Under the pieces are notes generated by a model, which was not told where the DNA came from, searched no databases, and saw only the letters and a list, made by a program, of their open reading frames with translations. A stretch of 43,032 nucleotides of DNA from a virus (taxonomy: Duplodnaviria; Caudoviricetes). The DNA is taken from the IMG/VR virus record IMGVR_UViG_3300037602_000058, positions 1-43,032 of that record; one strand, 5' to 3'. Both the position numbers and the translations under genes were made by a program. Shown here piece after piece: positions 16,900 to 26,025 of this stretch (the first letter of the stretch is position 1; every line of letters starts with the position of its first letter).

Positions 16900-16939
16900 T
16901 TGACGGGATCGTCATAACGGTTTAGGGGTAGGCGGTCAA
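16900..16939. promoter_or_regulatory. overlapping divergent promoters sharing one operator
   Basis: Plus TTGACG(16900)-17-TAGGGG; minus TTGACC(16939)-17-TATGAC; palindrome TTGACG-GGAT-CGTCAT at 16900-16915. Confidence 0.7.
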
Positions 16940-16959
16940 CAGCGAAAGGAACCTTTGAC

Positions 16960-17706
16960 ATGATCCGCATTGAAGTAACAGACCCCAGCGAAGACGAAGC
17001 GCGCGCGCTCGTTGCAATGTTTCGCGCCCAGTTCCCCGCGATCGCCGACGCCACCCCCCGCGTGACCAACGTCACGAACGTTTCCGCGGCGGCCCCGGCG
17101 CCGGATGGCTTCCCCGCGAGCCCCGAAGAAATCGCCGCCGCCACGCCGTCGGAAGCCCCTGCGACGCCGTCGGAAGCACCCGCCACGCCGTCGGCGGTCG
17201 AGCGCGACGCGGACGGCATCCCGTGGGACGAACGCATCCACACAAGCAACAAATCGACGAAGCAGGACGGGACTTGGAAGCGCAAGCCCGGCGTGGACGA
17301 CGCGGTTTTTAACGGGGTCCTCGCCGAACTTCGCGCTGCCAATACCGCCCGCACGGTGGAGGCGGCCGCGTCGCTCACTGCCGCCGAAACGGACACTTCC
17401 GCGGCCGATGCTTTCGGGGCGAAGGCACCCCCGCCGCCGGCACCCGCAGAAGCAACACCCCCACCGCCGCCGGCGCCTGCCGCAGCCGCACCCCCGCCCC
17501 CGCCGCCGGCGCCTGCCGCAGCCGCTTCCGGGGTTCCATCTTTCGTGCAGATCATGCAGAAAATCACTGCAGCGCAACAGGCGGGCAAGCTCGACAAGGC
17601 AGCGCTTGACGCAGCGCTGACAGGGTGCGGACTGCAGCACGTCGGGCAGTTGGCCTCTGCCGACGAAGGGACGCGCGCCGCGTTTGACGCGCTTCTGCCG
17701 GCATGA
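16960..17706 (+). CDS. Pro/Ala-rich hypothetical protein of the replication module
   Basis: AAAGGA RBS; core DADGIPWDERIH...GTWKRKPGVD; ATPSEAP tandem repeats (about 17138-17194). Confidence 0.8.
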   Translation: MIRIEVTDPSEDEARALVAMFRAQFPAIADATPRVTNVTNVSAAAPAPDGFPASPEEIAAATPSEAPATPSEAPATPSAVERDADGIPWDERIHTSNKSTKQDGTWKRKPGVDDAVFNGVLAELRAANTARTVEAAASLTAAETDTSAADAFGAKAPPPPAPAEATPPPPPAPAAAAPPPPPPAPAAAASGVPSFVQIMQKITAAQQAGKLDKAALDAALTGCGLQHVGQLASADEGTRAAFDALLPA

Positions 17707-18824
17707 GCGATCACGCTTTTCTAGCCCCCTCGTCGGCCTCGGCGTGGGGGCCGGGGGGCTGCCCCGCCTATCCCCGAATGGCGGCCGCTTTCCCGGAAGA
17801 CGGCAGCACGCTAGAGGCTCGCGAGGGGGACGCCGCGCATTGGTATGTTTCCGAAACGGCGCTGGGCCGCCGGCCGGAAATGGGCGCGGTTGCCCCCAAC
17901 GGGCACCCCGTCAACGAAGAAATGGCGGAATGCGCGTGGGCCATGGTTACGGATATTTGCGCCAAGATCGAAGACCCCGCCGTCATGACGGCCACGGAAC
18001 AGCGCGTGGAAATGCCGGAAATCCATCCGACCTTAAACTGGGGCCGCATGGATTTTGGGGCGATCGACCCGACAAAGCGAATTCTTTACGCGTGGGATTT
18101 CAAATACGGCCACGGGTACGTTGACGTTTTTGAAAACTGGCAGCTTGTGGATTACGCCGTCGGCGCCGCGCGGCATTTCGGCGTGACAATTGACCACACG
18201 TGGACGATAGACAACCGGATTTACCAGCCGCGATCGTTTCACGAAGACGGGCAAATCAAACGCTGGGTTTGTGACGGCGCGCGGTTTCTCGAATTGCGCG
18301 CCCAACTCGCGGCGGCTGCTACTGCGGCGGTCGACCCCGACGCGCCAATGGTCACGGGGGTGCAATGCCACCACTGCCCGGCCCGTCACGCGTGCCCGGC
18401 GCTTAAACGCGTCGGCGGGGTCGCCATGGACATGTCTTTGCGCGGCGTGCCCCTTGAGCTCGAGCCGGAAAATGCGGGGCTTTTGCTGCGCATGGTCCGC
18501 ACGGCCCGTGAAAGGCTCGAAGACCTTGAAACCGGTCTGGACGCGTATGTGTCGGAAGCGCTACGGTCGGGCGTTCGGATCCCGGGTTGGGAAATGAAAC
18601 CCGGCACTGCGCGGGAACGGTGGACGCAGCCCGTTGCCGACGTGCTGGCGCTGGGCGCTGTCCTGGGCGTTGACCTGCAAAAGCCCGTCGAGCCCATCAC
18701 GCCCGCCCAGGCTCGCAAAAAAGGAATTGACGCCGCCGTCATATCGGCGTATTCCGAAAGACCCCCCGGCGCCGTCAAGTTGCAGCCGGTGGACGAAAAA
18801 GACATCCGGAAAGCTTTTCAGTAA
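17703..18824 (+). CDS. DUF2800 Cas4-like exonuclease
   Basis: HAFLAPSSA..W...C, EGDAAH, GRMDF, DFKYG, NWQL..YA, QCHHCPARHAC. Confidence 0.88.
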   Translation: MSDHAFLAPSSASAWGPGGCPAYPRMAAAFPEDGSTLEAREGDAAHWYVSETALGRRPEMGAVAPNGHPVNEEMAECAWAMVTDICAKIEDPAVMTATEQRVEMPEIHPTLNWGRMDFGAIDPTKRILYAWDFKYGHGYVDVFENWQLVDYAVGAARHFGVTIDHTWTIDNRIYQPRSFHEDGQIKRWVCDGARFLELRAQLAAAATAAVDPDAPMVTGVQCHHCPARHACPALKRVGGVAMDMSLRGVPLELEPENAGLLLRMVRTARERLEDLETGLDAYVSEALRSGVRIPGWEMKPGTARERWTQPVADVLALGAVLGVDLQKPVEPITPAQARKKGIDAAVISAYSERPPGAVKLQPVDEKDIRKAFQ

Positions 18825-18842
18825 CACAAGGAAAACGGAATT

Positions 18843-19904
18843 ATGGCTTCACCAAATCAAGTCAGACTTACCAGCCCCCGCGGGCGTTTGGTCCAGGGGG
18901 ACGCGTTTGAAGCGCAGACCAAGGACCAGTCCGGCGCACCGCTCACGATCAAGACGGGGCCGAACCAGGGGCAGCCGACCAAGCGCTGGTTTATCGCCGT
19001 CGCGTACCCGAAGAACGATCCCGAAACCAACCAGTACCTTGCCCAGCTGGGCGAAGTTGCCCGCAAGTCCTGGCCCGCATACATGGCGGGTTTCAACGGC
19101 GCCCCGCCGACGTTCGGCGCGTCCCACCCCCGTTTCTCAACCAAGATCATGGACGGGGACGGCACGGACGACAATGGCAAATCAAACCGCGAAAAACCGG
19201 GTTTTGCCGGACACTGGGTCGTCAAATACTCGACGTCCATCAAGGCCCCCGGCGTATGGCAGGAACCCAATTTCGACGAAATGGACCAGATCACGGACCC
19301 GCGCATGTTACCCCGTGGCTATTTTGTCCGGGTTAACCACACGGTCGACAGCAACGAAAACGACGGGCGCCCGGGGCTTTACGTGAACCTTGACAAGATC
19401 GCGATTTGCGCCAATCAGGCCGGCGCCGAAATCATCCAGTCCGGGCCGACCGCCGCAGAAGCGTTTGGCGGTGGCGGCGGCGGGAACGCTGCGCCCCCTG
19501 CGCCGGGGGCAGCCCCCGCACCCCCGGCCGCGCTGGTCATGAAAAACGGCATGGATTATGCGGCCATGAAAGCCGCCGGATGGTCCGATGATCAGATGAT
19601 TGCCGCCGGGCACGCCGAAAGGCCCGCCCCGGCCCCTTTGCCTGTTTCGCCGCCCCCGGCGCCCCCTGCACATACCCCCGGTGCCTCTATACCCCCTGGG
19701 ACGCCCGGCGCGGGCGCCCCGCCGCCCCCGCCTGCGACGCCATCCCCTTCTAGCCCCCCGCCGCCCCCCTATGGCGGGTTTATCCCCGAAACCGCACCCG
19801 CGGGTCCGAAAATGACCGCAGCGGCCGGGGGCGCAACCTACGAGCAAATGATTGCCTCCGGCTGGACGGATGCTATGCTCAAACAGCACGGCATGATGGA
19901 ATAG
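18843..19904 (+). CDS. single-stranded DNA-binding protein (DUF2815-like) with Pro-rich C-terminal extension
   Basis: KIMDGD, PGFAGHWV, PGLYVN; sits between Cas4-like nuclease and polymerase. Confidence 0.75.
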   Translation: MASPNQVRLTSPRGRLVQGDAFEAQTKDQSGAPLTIKTGPNQGQPTKRWFIAVAYPKNDPETNQYLAQLGEVARKSWPAYMAGFNGAPPTFGASHPRFSTKIMDGDGTDDNGKSNREKPGFAGHWVVKYSTSIKAPGVWQEPNFDEMDQITDPRMLPRGYFVRVNHTVDSNENDGRPGLYVNLDKIAICANQAGAEIIQSGPTAAEAFGGGGGGNAAPPAPGAAPAPPAALVMKNGMDYAAMKAAGWSDDQMIAAGHAERPAPAPLPVSPPPAPPAHTPGASIPPGTPGAGAPPPPPATPSPSSPPPPPYGGFIPETAPAGPKMTAAAGGATYEQMIASGWTDAMLKQHGMME

Positions 19905-19908
19905 TGAT

Positions 19909-20007
19909 TGGGGGCCGTGGGTCGGGTTGGCTGTAATCTCTCGACTTGGCCCCCAGTAGGGCCGAACCGCCGTAAATTCCCCCCGGTGGTTCGGCCCTTT
20001 AATTTTT
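19909..20007 (+). terminator. two hairpins; the second is an intrinsic terminator-like structure before the polymerase RBS
   Basis: TGGGGGCC...GGCCCCCA, then AGGGCCGAACC...GGTTCGGCCCT-TTAATTTTT. Confidence 0.7.
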
Positions 20008-20020
20008 GGAGTTGGCGCGA

Positions 20021-22267
20021 ATGTGGGCGATTGAGCAACACGCAACGATTGATTTTGAAACGTATAGCGAGGCGGGCCACGTCTGGGACGAAGACGGCCA
20101 AACCTGGCGCGCCCCACCCGGCGCCCAGAAAAAGGGAATTGCGGCCGTTGGCGCGCTGGCATACGCCGAACACCCCACGACCGAAGTTCTAACTATGTCC
20201 TATAGGTTGCCCGGGGACGTGGCGGTTTCTCGGTGGCGGCCGGGGCTGCCGAACCCCCAGCGCCTTTTTGACCACATCGCCGCGGGTGGGTTGCTCGAAG
20301 CGCATAACGCCATGTTTGAGCGCGCCATATGGTTTTTCGTTTGCCGCCGGCGCTACGGTTGGCCAGACCTACCCCCGCAACAAATGCGGTGCAGCATGGC
20401 GAAAGCCCGGGTGAACAACTTGCCCGGCGCGCTGGAAAATTTAACGGCGGTGTTGCCGGTCCAGGTACGCAAGAACCCCGACGGCAAACGGCTATTGAAT
20501 AAATTTTCCATACCCCGGAAACCGACCAAAAAAGACCCGCGCACGCGGATCCTGCCGGCAGATGATCCCGACGACGCGGAAAAGCTTTACGCCTATTGTG
20601 ACGACGACGTGCGCGCCGAAGACGAAGCGAGCGCGTTGACTATGCCCATGAGCGTTAACGAACTGCGTTTCTGGCAGCTGGATCAGCGGATAAACTGGCG
20701 CGGGGTTGGCGTCGATCGGCGGTCCGTCCGAAACATGATTTCGGTACTGGAACAGGCTGTGGGCAAGTACGGCGCCGAATGCCGGGAAATAACCGGCGGC
20801 ATCAAGCCAACCGAAGTTCAGCAGCTGCGCGGGTGGATGTGCGCCCACGGGCTTGACCTTGGAAGCCTAGACGCCGAAGCGATCGAGAACGCGCTAGAGC
20901 GGCCGGGCTTGGCGCCGCACGTTCGACGGGTTCTTGAAATCCGTCAATTGATTGGTTCCGCCAGCGTCAAAAAGCTTTACGCGTTCGAACGGTCTGCCAG
21001 CAACGACAACCGCGTGCGGAATATCATCACACACCACGGCGCGAGAACGGGGCGCCCGACCGGCGACCTTGTGCAGCCCCTCAACATGCCAAAGGCCGGC
21101 CCGGATTTGATTTACTGCGGGTGCGGCAAGCCTCACGCGCGCCGCGACGTGTGCCCGTGGTGCTGCGTGCCCGTGCCGCCGGAACCACGGTTTTACAAAT
21201 GGCCGGACGCGCCTAAAGGTCACACGGAAAACCCCGTTGACGCGGTGCAAGAAATCATGGCGTCCCGAAGCCTCGAGACAGTTGAATACTTTTTTGGCGA
21301 CGCGCTGCTTTCCATTTCCGGATGCATGCGCGGCATGATTTGGGCGGACGAAGGCCACGACTTGATCGCGTCGGATTATTCGGCGATTGAAGCCGTGGTA
21401 ACTGCGGCGCTTTCCGGGTGTGAGTGGCGCATGCAGGCTTTCCGGGAACGCAAGGATATTTACCTTGTTTCCTGCGCGGCCATGGGCCTGGGGCTGGCAT
21501 ATGAGGATTACAAGCAATATAAACTTGAACACGGATCCGACCACCCGCACCGACAGAAAAAAGGTAAAGTTGCGGAGCTCGCGCTAGGCTTTGGCGGTTG
21601 GGTTGGCGCCTGGCGTCAATTTGACCCGGACGGCGCCACGGACGAAGAGGTTAAGGAAACAATCCTAGCTTGGCGTAAAGCGTCCCCTGAAATCGTGGAA
21701 ATGTGGGGCGGCCAGGAACGCGGGCGCCCATGGGACCGCGATTACCGCTTGGAGCGTTACGGGTTCGAAGGCGCGTTCGTCAACGCCGTGCAGTACCCGG
21801 CGCAGTCTTTCCAGGCGCACGGGATTACCTTTTTTATGAGGGGCGATTGTCTTGTGGTCCGGCTGCTTTCGGGCCGGGAATTGTGCTACCACGGGCCGCG
21901 GCTGCACCCATCAAGCCGGGAATATGTCGGCGCCGGCGTCTTGGAAATCACTTATAGGACGTGGAACAGCAACCCGAAATATGGCCCCGTTGGCTGGGTC
22001 ACAATGCAGACTTACGGCGGCCGCCTTGCGGAAAACATTATCCAGGCCACCGCACATGACATTCAACGATACGGCATTGAAGCGCTTGAAGCCGCCGGGT
22101 ACCCGATCGTTTTGCACGTCTATGACGAAAACGTGGCCGAAGTTCCGCACGGGTTTGGGTCGATTGAAGAGTTTGAAAGCATTATGTCGAGAATGCCGCC
22201 ATGGGCTGCGGATTGGCCCGTCCGCGCCTCGGGCGGCTGGCGCGGACGGCGGTACCGGAAAGCTTGA
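20021..22267 (+). CDS. family A DNA polymerase with 3'-5' exonuclease
   Basis: IDFETYS, AHNAMFE, YC.DDV, ARTGR, ASDYSAIE, GKVAELALGFGG, ENIIQA, HVYDE; start from GGAGTTGGC leader. Confidence 0.95.
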   Translation: MWAIEQHATIDFETYSEAGHVWDEDGQTWRAPPGAQKKGIAAVGALAYAEHPTTEVLTMSYRLPGDVAVSRWRPGLPNPQRLFDHIAAGGLLEAHNAMFERAIWFFVCRRRYGWPDLPPQQMRCSMAKARVNNLPGALENLTAVLPVQVRKNPDGKRLLNKFSIPRKPTKKDPRTRILPADDPDDAEKLYAYCDDDVRAEDEASALTMPMSVNELRFWQLDQRINWRGVGVDRRSVRNMISVLEQAVGKYGAECREITGGIKPTEVQQLRGWMCAHGLDLGSLDAEAIENALERPGLAPHVRRVLEIRQLIGSASVKKLYAFERSASNDNRVRNIITHHGARTGRPTGDLVQPLNMPKAGPDLIYCGCGKPHARRDVCPWCCVPVPPEPRFYKWPDAPKGHTENPVDAVQEIMASRSLETVEYFFGDALLSISGCMRGMIWADEGHDLIASDYSAIEAVVTAALSGCEWRMQAFRERKDIYLVSCAAMGLGLAYEDYKQYKLEHGSDHPHRQKKGKVAELALGFGGWVGAWRQFDPDGATDEEVKETILAWRKASPEIVEMWGGQERGRPWDRDYRLERYGFEGAFVNAVQYPAQSFQAHGITFFMRGDCLVVRLLSGRELCYHGPRLHPSSREYVGAGVLEITYRTWNSNPKYGPVGWVTMQTYGGRLAENIIQATAHDIQRYGIEALEAAGYPIVLHVYDENVAEVPHGFGSIEEFESIMSRMPPWAADWPVRASGGWRGRRYRKA

Positions 22268-22270
22268 AAG

Positions 22271-23266
22271 CTACTGCCTCACAAGTTCCGAATTCTTGTG
22301 GACAACCACGCGAAGCCCGTTATAGGGGCCGTTCGTGGTCGCGAGCCCGTCCCGGCTGTCCCCGTCTGTGTGGGCCGTCCCCAAAACACCCACTTGGCAA
22401 AAGCCCGTTTCGGTAGCTTCAAAAGCCGTCACGATAGCAGCGTTGCCATAATGGGCGGGGTTGCGCTCGTCGATGTTGAAACCGACCGTACTTGGCGCCG
22501 GCATAGTCGACCAGACTTTGCCCAAAACGCCGGGGTATGTATCATCGCACCGGTAATGCAGCACGAAACCAACGCCAATCGCGCCCAGGTATGCCGGGCT
22601 GAAAGTGTTGCCGACATGCGCCGTGTCTGCGTAAAAAGTCACTTCCGCAACGGAACCCGCCTCGATCGCAAATTCCGTCGTGAATTCCGGAAGAATAACC
22701 CCGGTCCACGGAAGCGGGACGCTTGTGGCGACATTCTTCAAATATACGGCGGTGTCTTTGGTGCTCAATACCGGGGTGGGCGGCGGGCCGGCCGGTTCGA
22801 AGATCCGAACTTCTGCGCCGACAGACCAAACGCCGGTCTGCCAGGAAACCCGGATTTCCCGAAACGGCCCCTGCGTTGGCAGATTGAAAACGCGTGTGGT
22901 CGTGGCGTTGACGTCGGTGAAGGACTGCGAGCCCAGCGCGACAGTCGTGCCGCTCGTATCGACGCCGGTTACGGTCAACGTTATGGAAGTCGTGAGCCCG
23001 GAAGCGTCAAAACCGTTTGTGGCGCTGACAACCTCAATTGAGCCGATCGACTGCGGGTCTGCGGTCATGTCGAGCCCGGCCCAGGCCGTGGACGCCTCGC
23101 GGTACCCGGTAGTGCCCGGGACGCCGTCGAAGATACCCGCAAGCCCGGATCCGTAAGTCATATTTCCTAGACGCGGGAAAGCGGAATTGTCGATTTCCGT
23201 CGCGGCCGCGAGCCCGGGAAGGGCCGCGAGCACAAAAACGGCGATTGCCGCAAATATGTTTCGCAT
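22271..23266 (-). CDS. exported beta-rich protein with signal peptide (possible lectin/discoidin-like domain)
   Basis: AAAAGGAGA RBS; MRNIFAAIAVFVLAALPGLAAA-TE; FDG...W...D...AEVRIF pattern. Confidence 0.7.
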   Translation of the reverse strand: MRNIFAAIAVFVLAALPGLAAATEIDNSAFPRLGNMTYGSGLAGIFDGVPGTTGYREASTAWAGLDMTADPQSIGSIEVVSATNGFDASGLTTSITLTVTGVDTSGTTVALGSQSFTDVNATTTRVFNLPTQGPFREIRVSWQTGVWSVGAEVRIFEPAGPPPTPVLSTKDTAVYLKNVATSVPLPWTGVILPEFTTEFAIEAGSVAEVTFYADTAHVGNTFSPAYLGAIGVGFVLHYRCDDTYPGVLGKVWSTMPAPSTVGFNIDERNPAHYGNAAIVTAFEATETGFCQVGVLGTAHTDGDSRDGLATTNGPYNGLRVVVHKNSELVRQ

Positions 23267-23283
23267 TTTGATTTCTCCTTTTG

Positions 23284-24459
23284 TTATACAAATTCCCGAA
23301 TGATAACCACGCCAGCGCCGCCAAGGCCCCCAGGCCGATCGCTGGTTGAGTTTTCGCATGCGCCCCCACCCCCGGCGCCGAAGCCGCCCGCCGGTTGTCC
23401 TGGGCTGCCCTCGGTGATGCCCCCGCCCCCACCGCCGAACGCGCTAGGCGCGCCAATGCCCCCAACGCCAAGCGTCCCGTAGAGCGCAGCCACGCCGCCG
23501 CGCGTACCGTCCAGAAAAATATCGGTCCTTAGCGATGTGCCGCCCGACCCGGAAGCCGCGCCGCCGGCCCCCGCCGGCCCGGCCCCGCGTTGGATCGTTG
23601 CCGTTCGAGTGCTGCCCGCCCCACCACTGCCACCCCCCGCCACTGCCAGGGTGCCAACGCTGGACGTTCCCCCGGCGCCGCCGTTGCCGGCAGCCCCCGC
23701 ACCCATGGCACCCGCGGCGCCCACCGTGACGGTTTCCGAAGCGCCCCAGCCGTCGGATAGAAACCGGCTCACGAACGCGCCAGCGCCACCCCCGGCGCCC
23801 CCGGACGTCCCCGAACCGGATCCGCCGGCGCCACCGCCCCCACCGCCGCCGCCCTGCACGATGAATTCAGCGGCCTTGATGCCCGCCACGGGCGTCCAGG
23901 TCGCGCCAGACGTAAAAACCGTTTCTTTCGCCAGGCGGTAAACGCCCTGTTTAACTTGAGCCATGACGAACGCGGTTGTGGCGATCTGGTCGCTGTTCGT
24001 GTCCACGGGGGCCGTGGGTGCTTCGGGCTCATCGGTGAACACCGGCCCCGACAAGGGGGCTTTCAGGTCCAACGCGTCTTGCGTGGCGGTGCTCACGGGT
24101 TTGTTTGCGTCGCTGGTATTGTCGACGTTACCCAGCCCCAGGTTATCCCGGGCGCCCCCGGCGTCGGCGGCGCCCGTGCCCCCGTCCGCGACCGCGAGCG
24201 GATCCGCCAAGCCGGACACGGTGCCGCCGGTAATTTCCACGTCGTCCGCGCCCTGCGTGGCGATCGAGCCTAGCCCGATGTTGTCGCGGCCTTGTTGTTT
24301 TTCGCCATTCGTAAAAGTCTGCGCGGCGTCAACACGTACGTATTTGGCCACAAGGCCGGGGATTTCCGACGTGAGCGCGAACCCCAAAGCCTTGATGCCT
24401 TCGAGCGTGGCCGGGCCCGCCGCCCCCAGATTGCGAATGTAGTTTGACCATTTAGGCAT
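23284..24459 (-). CDS. tail fibre with glycine-rich C-terminal domain
   Basis: LGLGNVDNTSDANKPVSTA, APTA....QIATTAFV, GGGGGGG...GGAGVVIIRE. Confidence 0.85.
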   Translation of the reverse strand: MPKWSNYIRNLGAAGPATLEGIKALGFALTSEIPGLVAKYVRVDAAQTFTNGEKQQGRDNIGLGSIATQGADDVEITGGTVSGLADPLAVADGGTGAADAGGARDNLGLGNVDNTSDANKPVSTATQDALDLKAPLSGPVFTDEPEAPTAPVDTNSDQIATTAFVMAQVKQGVYRLAKETVFTSGATWTPVAGIKAAEFIVQGGGGGGGGAGGSGSGTSGGAGGGAGAFVSRFLSDGWGASETVTVGAAGAMGAGAAGNGGAGGTSSVGTLAVAGGGSGGAGSTRTATIQRGAGPAGAGGAASGSGGTSLRTDIFLDGTRGGVAALYGTLGVGGIGAPSAFGGGGGGITEGSPGQPAGGFGAGGGGACENSTSDRPGGLGGAGVVIIREFV

Positions 24460-24865
24460 CTTCGATCAAATCCCCGGTGTCTGTCGTGACATAAAAGCCG
24501 TCGTCGGTGAAAATATACCCCACGCGAGCCCCGGCGGCTATGGCCTGCCCGGCGGTAACGGGCGGGATTTCGGAAATCTCGGCCGCAGACAAGTAAACAA
24601 GAGTTTGCGTTACCCCGAAAAGCGCCCAGTCCGGCGCGTTGTCGTCGGTCGTCAAAAACACAAAATTTCCCGTTTCAAGGTAACTGTAAGGTATGAGCGG
24701 TTGCCCGGCAAGAACCCGGACCCCGTCAAGCAGTCGCACGCCGTCCCGGCTCACGCTGGCGCACATCACGCCACGGGCTTCTTTCAACGACAAAGCCCAC
24801 CGCACGCCGTCGAGAGTGACCGTAAACGCCTGGTTGGGCGCCGATGTGAGCGGGACCACGCGCAC
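24452..24865 (-). CDS. baseplate plug-like protein with C-terminal extension
   Basis: VPLTSAPNQAFTVTLDG...GNFVF motif of Bcep781-type baseplate proteins; GTG 24865. Confidence 0.65.
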   Translation of the reverse strand: MRVVPLTSAPNQAFTVTLDGVRWALSLKEARGVMCASVSRDGVRLLDGVRVLAGQPLIPYSYLETGNFVFLTTDDNAPDWALFGVTQTLVYLSAAEISEIPPVTAGQAIAAGARVGYIFTDDGFYVTTDTGDLIEDA

Positions 24866-24867
24866 GG

Positions 24868-26025
24868 CTACGCGCTCAACGCATAGTCGATATACCCGAT
24901 AAGCGACCCCGTGGACGTTCCGGTTTCCCAATCGGTCAAAACCGAAGCCGTCGCGGCATACCGCGTTACGCTGCGGGTTTGGATATATGCCGCGTAGCCA
25001 TCCATTGCGCCCGCCGGAACAGGGTTTCCCGATGCCACGTTGCCGGCGATGGCTTGCACATCGGCGGTGCGGGACCAGTTCAAAGTCAACGACGTCGACA
25101 GCGTTCGGTTGCCCGCACCGCCATCAACGATAGTCCCCGAAGTACGCTGCGACACTGCCAGACGCGCCAAATTGACCAGGGGCGTGATTGTCAGGACGTT
25201 GCCCGCGGATGTGGTGATCCGGGCAATAAGCATGTCGTCGCGGGTCGTGTCAAAAGCCGCATTGGTTTCCGCCAACGCGGACGGGTTGTAAGTTCCGTTC
25301 GAAAGATCCCGCAACACAAAACCGCCGGTGGGGGTCCACCGCAAATGATACGTTTTGTTTGCAAGCGTTGGCAGGTCGGTTTCCGCGCTTGTGTAAGTGA
25401 AAGCCCCCCGGTGAACGAACTGCGTTCCAGCTTCCACCCGCAGCGTGCCCGACGACGGCGAAGACAGGTCAAAAAGTCCATCGTCGGTCAATACCTCCGG
25501 GAACACGGGGTTATTCAACAGCAAATTGAAAAGCGCCCCCAGCCCGGCCGGGGTAACCACGCGATCCGTCGCGGTGCGGGCCGCCGCTTCGGCGGTTGTG
25601 GCAAGCCGCACCTTTCCAAAACGCGCTTCCGTTGCGTTCTGCACCACGTCGTCCAGCGCCCACTTCGTGGCGTCGGTGCCCGGCTCGACCGTGTTGCCCG
25701 TGACCAACGACGCGTAAACAAGATCGTTGTGCCGTACCCTCGAGCCGATCGGATAGCTGATAGACGCGCCCCCATTTGCGCTTGCCGGGTACCAATCGGG
25801 CACGCCGTGCAGCTGGTATTGGCGCAGATTGTCCGTGACGTCAAAAAGGTACTGGTTGGTTTCGGACCGCGGAATGCGCTTTGCCAGCGGGTCGGTTTCG
25901 GGGTCGCGCTCGTAATCCGGGCCGAACCCCTGCGCGTAGCTGACCGCGCCCCCGGCGTCTGTCGGATCCGGAATTTCGGTCTTGTCGCCGGTGGTGGCCC
26001 ACGGGAACCGGAAGAATTTAGCCAT
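24868..26025 (-). CDS. tail fibre (baseplate-anchored)
   Basis: FRFPWATTGDKTEIP...SYAQGF.PDYE N-terminal anchor; ATEARFGKVRLAT repeat motif. Confidence 0.8.
   Translation of the reverse strand: MAKFFRFPWATTGDKTEIPDPTDAGGAVSYAQGFGPDYERDPETDPLAKRIPRSETNQYLFDVTDNLRQYQLHGVPDWYPASANGGASISYPIGSRVRHNDLVYASLVTGNTVEPGTDATKWALDDVVQNATEARFGKVRLATTAEAAARTATDRVVTPAGLGALFNLLLNNPVFPEVLTDDGLFDLSSPSSGTLRVEAGTQFVHRGAFTYTSAETDLPTLANKTYHLRWTPTGGFVLRDLSNGTYNPSALAETNAAFDTTRDDMLIARITTSAGNVLTITPLVNLARLAVSQRTSGTIVDGGAGNRTLSTSLTLNWSRTADVQAIAGNVASGNPVPAGAMDGYAAYIQTRSVTRYAATASVLTDWETGTSTGSLIGYIDYALSA

Noticed and set aside
17703-18824. Cas4-like nuclease as evidence of a CRISPR-Cas system
   Set aside because: No repeat-spacer array or other cas genes seen; DUF2800-SSB-PolA is a standard phage replication module.
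23284-26025. Diversity-generating retroelement or invertible fibre cassette
   Set aside because: No reverse transcriptase, invertase or template/variable repeat pair seen.
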